From: Basidiobolus meristosporus CBS 931.73
Taxonomy: Eukaryota > Fungi > Basidiobolomycota
Direction: 5' to 3'
Assembly: GCA_002104905.1 (NCBI GenBank)
Contig: MCFE01000766.1
Span: 1 to 38,208 of the forward strand
Length of the DNA stretch: 38,208 nt
Below are positions 10,290 through 22,817 of this stretch, piece by piece. Each line of letters starts with the position of its first letter. Positions within the stretch are counted from its first letter, which is position 1. Made by a program: the position numbers and the translations under genes. The notes beneath the pieces were generated by a model, which was given only the letters and a program-made list of their open reading frames with translations, ran no database searches and was not told the DNA's origin.

Positions 10290-12375
10290 TTATCTTCTTG
10301 ATATCTTGATCCATCCCATTAGGAATGGCTTGGTCCTCCAAGTACTTTGGTAATAGGCTAGGCCAATTGATTCATGCACCAGGCTGAGATGTGCAACTTG
10401 ATCTAATCTTGATAAGGCATCAGCAACCGTGTGGTTTTTTCCAGGGCAGTAGACAATCTCCAGGTCAAATTGCTGAATGTATTCACTCCATCTTGTCATT
10501 GTTCTGGAGAGTACCTTCTGAGTAAAAATATACTTGAGGGAGGCATGATCAGTCTTCACAGTGCATTTGACTCCTTCAATATAGCATATCCATGTCTTCA
10601 AACAGTGTATTATAGCAAGCATCTCCTTCTCATGGACTGGATGGTTTTGTTCTGCTGAGTTCAGTTTCTTGGACTCAAAGGCAACAGGGTAGTCCTTTCC
10701 CTTGTGTTCTTGGCTCAGCACTCCATCAATTGCATAATCTGAAGCATCTGTGCATAGAGTGAACTCTTTTCTGATGTCTGGTATTCTTAAGCTTGGCAGC
10801 TTAGCAAGTTCATTCTTGAGCGTCTGGAAGGCAGTCCCACAAGCTATGTACCACTTGTAGGTATTGTCTTTCTTGAGGATATCAGTCAAAGGGGCTGCAA
10901 TACTTGCAAAAGACTTGACAAATCTCTGATAATAGGAAACCATTCCAAGGAATGATCCAAGATCTGATATGCTATGGGGCTGCTTCAGATTCTTGATTAC
11001 TTCCACCTTCTTGGGGTCTAAGGTTACTTGTGTGCTAGTCACTATGTGTCCCAGATATTCACATGTTCCTTGAAGAATTCACACTTGGGTAGCTTGCCAT
11101 AAAGCTTGTTCTCTCTTACCTTCTTCAAGACCTTTTCAATGTGCACCAAGTGATCCTCTTCTGTCTTGCTGTATATCAGTTTATCATCTAGGTAGATTAT
11201 GACAAACTTGTCTAAGTACTCCTGGAAGATAGTGTGCATCAGGGTCATAAAAGTTGCAGGGGCATTGGTGAGGCCAAAACTCATGACTAAGTACTTGTAA
11301 TGTCCATATTGGGTCCTGAATGCTGTCTTAGGGATGTCTGCTGGCTTCACCCTAATCTGGTTGTATCCTGACATGAGGTCAATCTTGCTGAAAATAGTGG
11401 CTCCATTAAGTTGGTCCAAAAGCTCATCAATCCAAGGTATGGGGTACTTATTCTTGACTGTAACTGAGTTCAGGGCTCTGTAGTCAATGCACATCCTAAG
11501 TGTTCCATCCTTCTTTTTCACAAAAAGCACTGGTGCTCCCCAAGGTGACTTGCTGGGTCTGATGTATCCTTACTCCAATAGCTGATCAATTTGTCTCTTC
11601 ATTTCCTCCAATTCCAATGGACCCATTCTGTAAGGTGTCTTGCACACTGGAGGGCTATCTCCTGTGTCAATGGCATGATCTACATCTCTGACTGGTGGTA
11701 AGCTTACAAGCTCATCTGAAAACACGTCTGAATATTTCTTCAAGAGAGTCTGGACCTGCTGGGATGCTGGGGTAGCGGAATACTCCAGTAATAATGCCAT
11801 GAGGAACATCTGGGTACCTTTTCTAAGCGCTCTATAGAACTGGGTTTTGCTAAGTTCACTTGTCTCACACATACTGGAATTGATCAAGTTGGAATCCAGC
11901 CTGGCAGGTAATAGCTCATAGGTCTTGTTGTCTTTTTGGATCTGAGTAGCATGGGTTCTCCAGTTGATTGATGGATTTCAACAAAATAGCCAGGTTTTTC
12001 TAAGTACAAGGTCAAACTTGCAGTTCCCAAATATACAAGCTAGTAGGTCTTCTTCATAGTCATTGATCTTAATTCTTACTGGCTGAGTAATACGGTAGAT
12101 TATGTGAGAGTTCTCATCAGCTGTTGAGACTGAAGTTGATTTGGTAGGTTCCAAGTTGATTCCAGCTTTCAAAGCAAATTGCTCTGACATGTACCCATGT
12201 GATGCTCCTGAGTCAATTATGATCTTGGCAGGTACTCCATTGGTTACTCCATTCAAGTATAATAGCTTTGCTGAGTTTGAGGTCATCTAGGATAGGTATT
12301 CTTCTGTCATGTGGAAGGTGAGCTCTGAGTCTTCTTCAACTTCATCCTCCATGTTACCATGCTCCATGGCCTCAA
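10290..12375 (-). pseudogene. Gypsy C outer copy: protease, reverse transcriptase and RNase H, frameshifted
   Basis: IIIDSGAS; [27 protein letters not shown]; YLDD; FLGMVSYY; LCTDASDYAI.GVLSQ; TDHASL; ADALSR. Confidence 0.92.
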
Positions 12376-12743
12376 TGTTATGATCTGACGCTTGAATGTT
12401 TAAGTTAGATCAGTTTTTAGTCAAATCAATTAGTATATGTTTAGGTTATCATTATATCAGTATTATCTAGGAAATCAGTAGCATTAGTCAGCAAATGAAT
12501 CAGCAGATCCTTATCAGACAGAAATAGATATATTAAGTAGGATCTTATAGGGTGATGATGATGCAATTAAATGAGTCATCAGCCACAACCTACATTAGGA
12601 AATACAATTAGTCAGCAATTGATCTGGCAAAATGTATATAAGGAGTTGCTGGAACCTCAATAAAAATCAGTTCAAGTTCTAGTGAATACAATACTAGCCA
12701 AGCTCCCTATTCCTCTACAACTCTTATACCAAAACTTGTAACA
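12376..12743 (+). repeat. LTR C of inner copy (L3), 368 bp
   Basis: TGTTA...TAACA ends, with a tatataa box and aataaa signal in the 3' third. Confidence 0.95.
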
Positions 12744-14893
12744 TTGTTAGCAGCAATAACCAGAAATCTCCCTCCTGAAGAAAGAAGAAACCACCCTCAA
12801 GATGTCAGACAATCAAGAATGGAAGAATGCCATGCAGAAAATCCTGGCCCAACAGCAACAGTTACTCCAGATCCTCAGCCAACAGCAACAAGGAATGACT
12901 ACCATGGCTCAGAACCAGCAAAGCCCTGTTAAGAGCAACTTTAGTGTGAAGGTCAACCGGTACCATGGCAGAGTGAATGAAAACCTGGGAACTTGGCTCT
13001 TTCAGATTGAAGAAGCTTTTAAAGCTAAAGGAATTGCTCCAGAAAGCAAGTTGCATTATGCAGCTTCTTACCTGGCAGATGCAACTTTACAGTGGTACCA
13101 CAATAAGATCAGGTTGGCCACTATGATGGGATGCTCTACAATATCTACCTGGGATGAGTTTGTGTTGGAAATTCAGGATGTTGAACCTCCACACCAACAG
13201 ACACTACTAAGAAGGAAGTTAAAGACACTCAGACAGAAAGGAATGGTTGAAGAATACATCTATGAGTACATATGTCTACTTGGACAAATTGAAAGAATGG
13301 ACCCCTTGGATCAAGTTGAATACTTTATTGATGGGTTGAAAGAAAGAACTTGCAAAGAAGTGAGTTACTGAAGACCTCGGACTATTGAAAAAGCCATCAA
13401 GATTGCCGTTGACTATGACTCAGCTATGTTTGGAGTTGGGAAGCCTACAGTGACTAATCAGAAAGGCTACAATCATTATGAAAGAAGACAGTCAGAAGCA
13501 GTACCAATGGAAATAGACGCTATGCAGAAGAATCCTGCCTTGGAAGAATGTAAGAAGAAAGGACTTTGCTACAATTGCCACCAGCAAGGACATATTGCAA
13601 AGTACTGCCCTCAGAGAAGAAATGGACACCAGCCATCAAGAACCTTTAACTGTATTGAGGCCATGGAGCATAGTAACATGAAGGATGAACTTGAAGAAGA
13701 CTCAGAACTCACCTTCCACATGACAGAAGAATACCTATCCCAGATGACCTCAAACTCAGGAAAGCTATTATACTTGAATGGAGTAACCAATGGAGTACCT
13801 GCCAAGATCATGATTGATTCAGGAGCATTGCATGAATACATGTCAGAGCAATTTGCCTTGTAAGCTGGAATCAGCTCAGAACCTACCAAATCAACTTCAG
13901 TCTCCACAGCTGATGGGAACTCTCACATAATCAACTGTATTACCCAGCCAGTAAGAATGAAGATCAATGACTATGAAGAAGACCTACAGGCTTATATATT
14001 TGGGAACTGCAAGTTTGACCTTGTACTTAGAAAACCTGGCTATTTTGTTGTAATCCATCAATCAACTGGAGAACCCATGCTACTCAGATCCAAAAAGACA
14101 ACAAGACCTATGAGCTATTACCTGCCAGGCTGGATTTCAACTTGGTCAATTCCAGTGTGTGTGAGACAAGTGAACTTAGCAAGACCCAGTTCTGTAGAGC
14201 ACCTAGAAAAGGTACTGAGATGTTCCTCATGGCGGTATTACAGGAGGATTCCTCTACCCCAGCACCCCAGCAGGTCCAGACTCTCTTGAAGAAATATTCA
14301 GACGTGTTTCCAGATGAGCTTGTAAGCCTACCACCAGTCAGAGACGTGGATCATGCCATTGGCACAGGATATAGCCCTCCAGTGAGCAAGACACCTTACA
14401 GAATGAGTCCATTGGAATTGGAGGAAATGAAGAGACAAATTGATCAGCTATTGGAACAAGGATACATCAGACCCATCAAGTCACCTTGGGGAGCACCAGT
14501 GCTTTTTGTGAAAAAGAAGGATGGAACACTTAGGATGTGCATTGACTACAGAGCCCTGAACTCAGTTACAGTCAAGAATAAGTACCCCATACCTTGGATT
14601 GATGAGCTTTTGGACCAACTTAATGGAGCCACTATTTTCAGCAAGATTGACCTCATGTCAGGATACAACCAAATCAGGGTGAAACCAGAAGATATTCCTA
14701 AGACAGCATTCAGGACCCAATATGGACATTACAAGTACTTAGTCATGAGTTTTGGCCTCACTAATGCCCCTGCAACATTCATGACCCTGATGCAGACTGT
14801 CTTTCATGGGTACTTAGACAAGTTTGTGATAATCTACCTGGATGTCATATTGATATACAGCAAGACAGAAGAGGATCACATGGTGCACACTGA
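12376..14893 (+). mobile_element. Ty3/gypsy family C, inner inverted copy (LTR, gag, PR, partial RT), 3'-truncated
   Basis: LTR at 12376-12743, decayed PBS tgttagcagc at 12745-12754. gag from 12802 with a TGA at 13369, CCHC knuckle CYNCHQQGHIAKYC at 13567-13608, DSG at 13816. RT runs to ...HMVHT. About 93-96% identical to the outer copy. Confidence 0.92.
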
Positions 14894-15245
14894 TCCCAGG
14901 TAGAGATTGTAGAGCATCCCATCATAGTGGCTGACTTGATCTTGTTGTGGTACCACTGTAAAGCTGCATCTGCCAGGTAAGAAGCTGCATAATGCAACTT
15001 GCTTTCTGGAGCAATTTCTTTAGCTTTAAAGCTTCTTCAATCTGAAAGAGCCAAATTCCCAGGTTTTCATTGACTCTGCCATGATACCGGTTGCCCTTCA
15101 CACTAAAGTTGCTCTTGACAGGGCTTTGCTGGCTCTGAGCCATGGTAGTCATTCCTTGTTGCTGTTGGCTGAGGATCTGGAGTAACTATTGCTGTTGGGC
15201 CAGGATTTTCTGCATGGCATTCTTCCATTCTTGATTGTCTGACAT
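14892..15245 (-). pseudogene. Gypsy C outer copy, gag N-terminus
   Basis: MSDNQEWKNAMQKILAQQQ...RYHGRVNENLGIWLFQIEEA. About 96% identical to 12802-13160. Ends at a junction with the inner RT. Confidence 0.88.
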
Positions 15246-15292
15246 CTTGAGGGTGGTTTCTTCTTTCTTCAGGAGGGAGGTTTCTGGTTATT

Positions 15293-15302
15293 GCTGCTAC
15301 CA
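15293..15302 (-). promoter_or_regulatory. Primer-binding site of gypsy C (initiator tRNA-Met 3' end type)
   Basis: TGGTAGCAGC lies one base after the 5' LTR. TGGTAGC complements the GCUACCA end typical of eukaryotic tRNAi. Confidence 0.75.
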
Positions 15303-15303
15303 A

Positions 15304-15671
15304 TGTTACAAGTTTTGGTATAAGAGTTGTAGAGGAATAGGGAGTTTAGCTAGTATTGTATTCACTAGAACTTGAACTGATTTTTATTGAGTTTCCAGCA
15401 GCTCCTTATATACATTTTGCCAGATCAATTGGTGACTAATTGTATTTCCTAATGTAGGTTGTGGCTGATGACTCATTTGATTGCATCATCATCACCCAAT
15501 AAGATCCTACTTGGTATATGTATTTCTGTCTGATAAGGATCTGCTGATTCATTTGCTGATTAATGCTACTGATTTGATAGACAATACTGATATACTGATA
15601 ACCTAAATGTATACTAACTGATTTGACCAAAAACTGATCTAACTTAAACATTAAAGCAGCAGATCATAACA
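15304..15671 (-). repeat. LTR C, 5' LTR of outer element (L2), 368 bp
   Basis: TGTTA...TAACA on minus, followed by the PBS. Confidence 0.95.
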
Positions 15672-15675
15672 TTCT

Positions 15676-16700
15676 GAAGCCATTCCTACTAAGAGTACAT
15701 TGGAAGCAATGGGAGTAATTTGTGGACATTTTAGGAATATTTATCCAGAAGTAGATCACTAATGCCAACTTGACACATCTACAGCAGTAGTACAAGGTGT
15801 TTGTGATAGGATTTGAGCTGCTATACTATAAACATAAAGCTGAATGTATAGATCTCTGCCACTACTGTATCCATTCTCTACTCCTTCTTACATGGTGTGT
15901 ATGGAGAATACTGGGCCTTGCTTCACCTTTTGGGAGTTTCCTATGGAGCAAGTGTGTGGGGAGATAGGAAGACAAGTCAAGTCACAAGTGCTACCATATC
16001 CCAATATCATGAAGAATAGTACCTTCCAGTCTGTCATTGATGTGATGAGTTGGCACATGGAGGACAGCCAGGAGGAGGTGGAAAATACTGAGTACAAATA
16101 TGCACATGGAGATACCTATGCCTATGGCATTAAGATACTCAGCAGCCCCAATACGTGGGTGGTCATTTATGTAATGCAAAGTTAGGTTGGGTGTAACAAG
16201 CAACTAATTTTTATTAGGAAGACACTACCAATGTATACTGGATTCATTTAAGTAATGCAAAGTTGGGTTAAGTGCAAGAAGTACCTAATTTCTATTAGGA
16301 AAGCTGTATGGAAGTATGCCAGGTCTCTCTTGGAATTCACACAAACAAAGGCCAGAGTGCACCTAAAAGGGGGACAAGAACTCACCAGGGTGAAGGAATA
16401 TATTGGCAAAATACTGAAAAGTTCTTTCCAGATATTCAGGAGGTATTCATGGCAGAAGTGGCAACAAACAAGCATATTTTTGCAAGATGTACATGCTACC
16501 AGCAGTACAAGGTATGTGGCAACTTTGCAAGTGTCACACTAAAAGCTGTAAAGTTGTGGTGATAGAAGTATGTCAATTGCGGCAGGTGTGCACGTTAATG
16601 GAGGTTAGTAAGCTGGATGCCATAGTTTTTTTGATTCAAACTATATGTGGAATACTCAAGGTAGTAGTGGATGAGCAAATAAAGAGGGGTGATTCTACAG
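15676..16700 (+). pseudogene. CACTA-like transposase copy X, 3' part
   Basis: GPCFTFWEFPMEQVCGEIGRQVKSQVLPYPNI matches the family's W.FPMER..G motif. It rejoins 8722 across the TTCT TSD. Stop position is approximate. Confidence 0.8.
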
Positions 16701-17140
16701 TGAAATATATGAATTGCACAAGGAGAGGTAGAAAAAGGAAATACCATTTGGTAAATTGGTATAGTAGCATTTTACAGAACCAGCTGTAGGCTGTCAAACT
16801 GCCAATGTAATGCCATCAGAGTCTTACTGTGAGGCTGTCAAAATACCATCAAGTTTCTTGCCATATAAGGCTGTTAGATGTCCTGGCTGGTTTGATCCAC
16901 TTAAAATAGTTGTAGAGCACTAAAAGACCGCAATAATACCATGCAATTATTGTCACGGCAACAATTAAGTCTTGTCAAGTTTTATCCCCTTATTGGGTAG
17001 TAAAATTTGCACAACACTGTCATGATCCCACCATAAGATTGTTAACAGGGTCACTAATTCCAAGCTGCTGGTATTATAATGGTCTCTGAATAGGATCCTG
17101 ATGGCTGACCTGTACTTGATCCACCTGCAGGACCAATTAT
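16700..17140. other. Non-coding spacer between transposase 3' end and ORF2 stop
   Basis: Colinear with 28740-29200. Parts also match 211-330 and 2830-2990. Confidence 0.6.
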
Positions 17141-17601
17141 TTTTCACAGGGTGCACATATTATTTGTGCATTGTATCTCTGGACTGTTTCCTGATTTCTC
17201 TGGGCCATTGCATCTGTCCTATAAGCCACTACACCTAGTCGCTTCATTAATGCTGTGGTAAGAGTAGACAACATACTTGCTAATACAGGTAGTGGTGATG
17301 TTACAACAGCCTCTTGCTGGTCTTCAACTGATGGTGCTGTGTTTGCTAAACTCTCTGCTGCTTGAGCATAACAGTCTGCTTGTGGCTCTGCAGAGGTTCT
17401 CAATTGCCTACTTGATTGAGGGCCTGAGGAGTCTACATAATCACATTGAGTAGGCACACTGTCAACATGGCCTTTTTTGGATGTAGCTCTACTTGTTGCA
17501 CTGAATGACAAAGCAAGCTGTTATCCAATTGGTTTTCTGCCCCCATTAGCAGTGGGGTTTGCTGTAGAACCAGACAAATTTGCTTTAATTTTAGTTGGCA
17601 T
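17137..17601 (-). pseudogene. ORF2, copy Y (frameshift near 5' end, deletion near 3' end)
   Basis: ATG MPTKIKA at 17601. The track ORF 17137..17511 carries FSATS..., TALMKRLGVVAYRTDAMAQRNQE. Homologous to 6231-6760. Confidence 0.6.
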
Positions 17602-17697
17602 ATATATGGAAGTGAGTTAAACAAAGCGGAAATAGTCTTACATACACAGGGGTATGTGGTGCCACAACTTTATTCATAATGCTTACTATGGCAGGTC

Positions 17698-18065
17698 TGT
17701 TGAAATATTGGACTATTTGGTATTATTCAGCAGCTAAAAATTTACTTAACAATTCTAGACTAGTCTTAGTCACTGTAGGACTCATTTACTGCCTTAACTT
17801 TGCCACTTTCTCCAGATATATGATCTCATGATTTTTCCCTATAGTCAGGATCAAATTAGCACTATTACCAGACATTATGCACTAACCCTGAAACTATTAC
17901 AGAATGCTACTGAATATTGAGAAACCCTCCCTACTTAGTGTTACAGCTGTATTATTTCTACAAAGGTATAAATACTGAGCTTCTTTATGAATAAACAACA
18001 GTTCAACTATTATCACTATTTCTTGATAAGTTCTTTATATCCAAATCACTTCTTATATTGCAACA
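17698..18065 (+). repeat. LTR A, 5' LTR of A2, 368 bp
   Basis: TGTTG...CAACA ends; TATAAAT at 17967-17973 and AATAAA at 17990-17995. Confidence 0.97.
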
Positions 18066-18077
18066 GGTTATGAGCCC
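18066..18077 (+). promoter_or_regulatory. Half-tRNA(iMet) primer-binding site
   Basis: GGTTATGAGCCC directly after the LTR. It complements the tRNAi anticodon stem-loop, as established for Ty5 and Drosophila copia. Confidence 0.88.
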
Positions 18078-18101
18078 CAATTGCCTTAATCTATTTTAAA
18101 G

Positions 18102-21100
18102 ATGACTTCTACCAGCAAACAAAGCAATACCAACATCTTCCCTGTGAAGGAGAGGTTTGATGGGAAGAACTGCAGACTTTGGAGAATCAAGGTGCAGATC
18201 CACCTTGAGGAAAGAAAGCTTTGGAACATAGTAACAGGAATGGAAGTTGAGCCCAAAGGAACAGCAGAAGATGTGGAGAAGTTTTAAGAGAAGGAGAGAA
18301 AGGCCTTCAATGCCATATGCATCAATGTGTAAGACTCCTTCATTGGACAAATCCATGCCTCAAATACTGCCAAAGCAGCATGGGAATCCTTAGAGAAGAT
18401 CTTTAGAGCAAAGTCAGTATCAAGTAAGCTTTATTTGAAACAAAAGTTTTTCAACATGAGGAAGAAGCCAGATGATGACATGCTACAACTCATTACCAGA
18501 ATGGAGACACTTGCAGAAGAACTTTACAGTATTAATGCTGGTGTAGATGATGAAGAAAAGATACTCTGTCTGCTTTGCAGCCTACCAGACAAGTATGAGC
18601 CACTCATACTTTCTTTTGAAAGCAGAGAAGACAACTTGACCTTAGACTATGTCAAAGGAAGACTTCTCCATGAAGAACTCAGACGTAATGATCAAGCGGA
18701 GAAAATTGAAGATAATGATTCATTCAGTTCAGAAAGGCACACAGAAAAGAAGGTAAAGCAACAAAACCAAAGAAAACCTGGCTGCTGTAACTACTGTAAA
18801 AAGCCAGGACACTGGGCAAGAGAATGCAAGAAGAAACAAGCAGACAAAAAACAGAAACTAGAGCAGGCAAACCATATAACTACTGATGAACAGTTATTTG
18901 TAACTGTACAAGAGAGTGCAAGTAACCAAAGTAATGAACGGTATATTGACTCTGGAGCATTACAGCATATTTGTGGTAAAAGAATTGGTTCAGCAACTTA
19001 AAAACTATTCCCGTAAGAAAGGTTTATCTGGGAGATAACTCTGTATTGGATGCTACCTCCAGTGGGTCTATACAACTAAATATGAGTGATAACTCAGGGG
19101 CAACAACAGCAAAACTGACTGACATACTCTATGTGCCTGGAATAGCTAAGAACATACTCTCAGTCAGTAAAGCAACTACTCAGGGACTGAAATTTGTTTT
19201 TATTAAGCTGAGCTGCTCAATATTGAGTGAAAATGGACAAAAATTAGCTTTGGGAATCAGAGATCACAATACATGCAAGTTACAATGCAAGATCATTGTA
19301 CCAGAGTATGTCAACATTGCTGAAACTGATGAAACCAACTGGGAGATGTGGCATAGGAGGCTAGGACACATTGGGGAACAGAAAATGAGCCAATTGGTGA
19401 AAATCAGCTTGTTCTGGGCCTAAAATACTCAATTCCAATCAAATTGAATGTTTGTAAGGGATGTTCATATGGCAAACAAGCTAGCCAATGTTTCAAGAGC
19501 TCAGAAGGCATCAATACCACCAAAATATTGGCTATTGTACACTCAGACATATGTGGCCCATGAGAACACTGTCCTTTGGAGCCAAGAGATACTTTATGAC
19601 GTTTATTGATGACAAGACAAGATATACATGGGTGTACTTCCTCAAAACAAAGGATGAAGCTTTAGAGATGTTTAAGCACTTCAAGAACATGGCAGAAACA
19701 CAAACTGGGTGTAAATTGAAGGTACTATGAAGTGACAATGGAGGAGAATACTGCTCAAAGGAGTTTGCAAAATACTGCTTGTCTACTGGTATACTTCAAC
19801 AGACCACAGTTCCTCATACTCCACAGCAAAATGGAGTAGCAGAACATTGTGGTAGGGTAAACATACCTCCCACAGACAAGTTTATTCATATAGTCATTAT
19901 GATATACTTATCCATATTTTATCTTTTCAGTATTATCCCATTCTTCTTTTGCCCATATTATCAGTATTATCCCCATATGATGTTTACCCTGATTAGTTAT
20001 TAGCATTAGGTATCCCAGATGTTATTCGGCTTTGTGATCAGTAGTTGTATCTATATAAGGCAAGTACCTGTGTCAGTACCTGTGACACATGACCTAGGTC
20101 TGTGTTACTATCCCTACCATTTCAATAACATATATGGTATTTCTATGTTGCACAGGTTTCAGACTACTGATTCCTGAATGGTTGAGAGTGCTGTGCCTTT
20201 TAGAACCTTCCAGGACATTCTTGGCATATTTTTAGCTCATAGTGATGTCATCAAGAATTCTACTGATACCTAGAATCTTCTAGAACCTTGTCATTAGTAA
20301 TCACTTGGCAATCAGGAAAAGTATTCAAGGGAAAGCAATCCCTTATCAATAAATCATCCCTTCTATCAGTAACACTTCTCCCTTATTGATTAGCAGCTGA
20401 TCACTGCACCTGCCTTCAACAGTACATCTCACACCTGCCATCAAGGAGCTTTTCAAGGTAGTGCACAAGACACACAGAGGCCTTTGGAGACACTTGGAGC
20501 ACCTAGGAAGCTAGAGAAGCAGGAGCTTTTACCATAGAGACATACTGACAAAGACACCAGCAGTTTAGACCCAGAGGTTATTGCACCCATCAGACACTTC
20601 ACACACCTTGAGTTTTGTAGCTTCTCCCAGGAGTACCTCTACACCACCACAACATGCAAATAGAACAATAGTAGAGATGGGACGATCTATGCTACATGAT
20701 AAGGGAATGGACTACAAGTTTTGGGCTAAATCTGTTGCTACTACTGTTTACATCAAAAATGGATGCCCAACAACAGCACTACGTGATTCTACACCCTTTG
20801 AAGCATATACAGGCAAAAAACCAGATCTCCAGCATCTCAAGATCTTTGGCAGTGATGTTTTTTATCACATCCCTGACAAAAAATGCTCAAAGTTGGAACC
20901 AAAGAGTTGGAAAGGGATCTTTCTTGGGTATTGTGAAGATACTAAAGGGTATAGAGTGTATGATGACAAAATTCAGAAGCTGATCACAAGCAGGGATGTT
21001 GTATTTGTGGGGAATTCAGATCAGAAAGCCACAGAAATCATTGGTCAGCCGCCTGATGATGCAATCAACACTAATGAACAAGATACGTACCAAATCCAGC

Positions 21101-22800
21101 CAGATATGAAAGATACTACTACCAGTTCCACACCAGAAAAGATTATCCCAGTTAGGAGATCTACCAGAATAAGAAATGCCCTTGGATCCTGGTGGCAGAC
21201 ATCCAATGATCATGAAAAAGCTTATCTTGCCTTATGTGCTGAACCTCAGAATCTGGAACAGGCAATGCAAAGTCCAGATGCTACCAAGTGGCAACAAGCC
21301 ATGCAGGAGGAGTACCAATCACTGATCAAGGCAAAAATGTGGGAACTGGTAGATTTACCAAATGGGAGAAAGCCAATAGGATGTAGATGGGTCTACAAGA
21401 TCAAGATAACCTCAAATGGTGCCGTTGATAAGTACAAGGCTAGATTGGTAGCTAAAGGCTATTCCTAGATCCAGGGACTAGTCTTTAAGGAAACAATCGC
21501 TCCGGTTGCCAAGTTTAACTCTATTAGGACAGTTCTAGCCCTGGCAGCTGTACACAGTCTAGATCTACACCAAATGGACGTCAAAACAGCCTTTCTAAAT
21601 GGGAATTTGTCAGAAACTATATATATGGAGCAACCAGAAGGTTTTACCAATCCAAAGGCCCCCATAAGGTGTGCAAACTTAGAAAATTGTTGTATGGGCT
21701 TAAGCAGGTACCCAGAGCATGGTATAACAAGATTGACACACATCTAGAGGAAATTGGGTTCTCTTGTAGCACTGCAGATCACAGTATATATGTGAAATAG
21801 CTCAAAAAGGGTGTGATCATCCTAGTTCTTTATGTGGACAACCTAATTATAGCTAAAAGTGACCAAGAGGCACTTAAACAGACAAAATCAGATCTCTTCA
21901 GCAAATTTGAGATGAAAGATCTTGGAAAATTGTGCTATTTTCTTGGAATTGAGGTCAAATTTGACATACCTACGCAGAAAATTGTGCTGAATCAGTCTAA
22001 GTACATCAGGGACATTCTTGGATGCTTCAAAATGGAAAATTGCAAACCTGCAGCAACCCCTATGGACAATAACTTGAAATTAAGCAAATCTCAGCCAGTT
22101 ATAGATGAAAACTACTCAAATATGGACCAAAACTTTCCCTATCAGTCAATGTTTGGTAGCCTAATGTACTTGATGGTGTCTACATGTCCAGATATTGCAG
22201 TGGCAGTTGGAATAGTCAGTCAATTCATGCAGAATTATGGATCAGATCAAATTGCAGCAGTTAAGCGGATTTTCAGATATCTACAAGGTACCATAAATAT
22301 GGTACTGGAATACTCTGGAGTAGCTAATAGGCAAAAATTCAATGGTTATAGTATTTCAGATTGAGGTAGGGATCTGATTGACAGATGCTCTACCACAGGC
22401 TATGTATTTCTTTATGCTGGTGCAGCTATTACCTGGAATTGCAAGAAACAACCAACTGTGGCACTATCTACAACTGAAGCCAAATATATGGCTGCATGTC
22501 AAGCAACTAAGGAGGCTATATGGCTACAAAAATTATTCAAAGACTTAGGTCTTAATTCAGGTGAACCAACATTTATTCACAAGGACAATCAAAGTTGTAT
22601 TTCATTAGCTAGAAATCCTACTAATCATGCCAGAGCTAAGCACATTGATATACAGCATCACTTTGTGAGGGAAGCTGTAGAAAATAACTTAGTGGAGTTA
22701 ATTTACTGCCCAACTGACAAAATGGTGGCAGACATATTGACATAACCACTAGCTAGGCCACAGTTTGAGATCATTATAGAGAAATTGGGATTAAGAAATT
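18102..22800 (+). pseudogene. Copia A2 gag-pol, with multiple stops and frameshifts and a nested solo LTR
   Basis: CNYCKKPGHWAREC (18786-18827), YIDSGAL, WHRRLGH, SDNGGEY, PHTPQQNGVAE, YKARLVAKG, VLYVDNL, RIFRYL, ALSTTEA, AKHIDI and MVADILT motifs. Confidence 0.95.
19848..20651 (+). mobile_element. Solo LTR of gypsy family B nested in A2 integrase, 804 bp, TSD ACAT
   Basis: TGTGGT...ACCACA ends; ACAT at 19844-19847 and 20652-20655. Removing it restores NGVAEHANRT, and the uninterrupted site is seen in A1 at ~4896-4920. The 5' half and termini match the LTR at 25527-26591. Confidence 0.9.
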
Positions 22801-22808
22801 ATTTTGTT

Positions 22809-22817
22809 GAGGGGGAG
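22809..22817 (+). promoter_or_regulatory. Polypurine tract of A2
   Basis: GAGGGGGAG abuts the 3' LTR. Confidence 0.85.

Larger units (their letters stand above)
8723..15671 (-). mobile_element. Ty3/gypsy family C, outer element with both LTRs and a 4-bp TSD (TTCT)
   Basis: LTRs at 15304-15671 (5') and 8723-9089 (3'). TTCT at 8719-8722 and 15672-15675. PBS and PPT present. Domain order is gag-PR-RT-RNase H-integrase. The empty site (gtggcattctgaagcc, minus strand) is visible in copy Z at ~24877-24892. Confidence 0.95.

Noticed and set aside
12830-12930. Glutamine-rich stretch (QQQQLLQILSQQQQ) as a microsatellite or prion-like gene
   Set aside because: It is an ordinary low-complexity gag N-terminus, present in both C copies.
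18066-18077. tRNA genes at the PBS sites
   Set aside because: These are only 10-12 nt complements of tRNA, with no cloverleaf.
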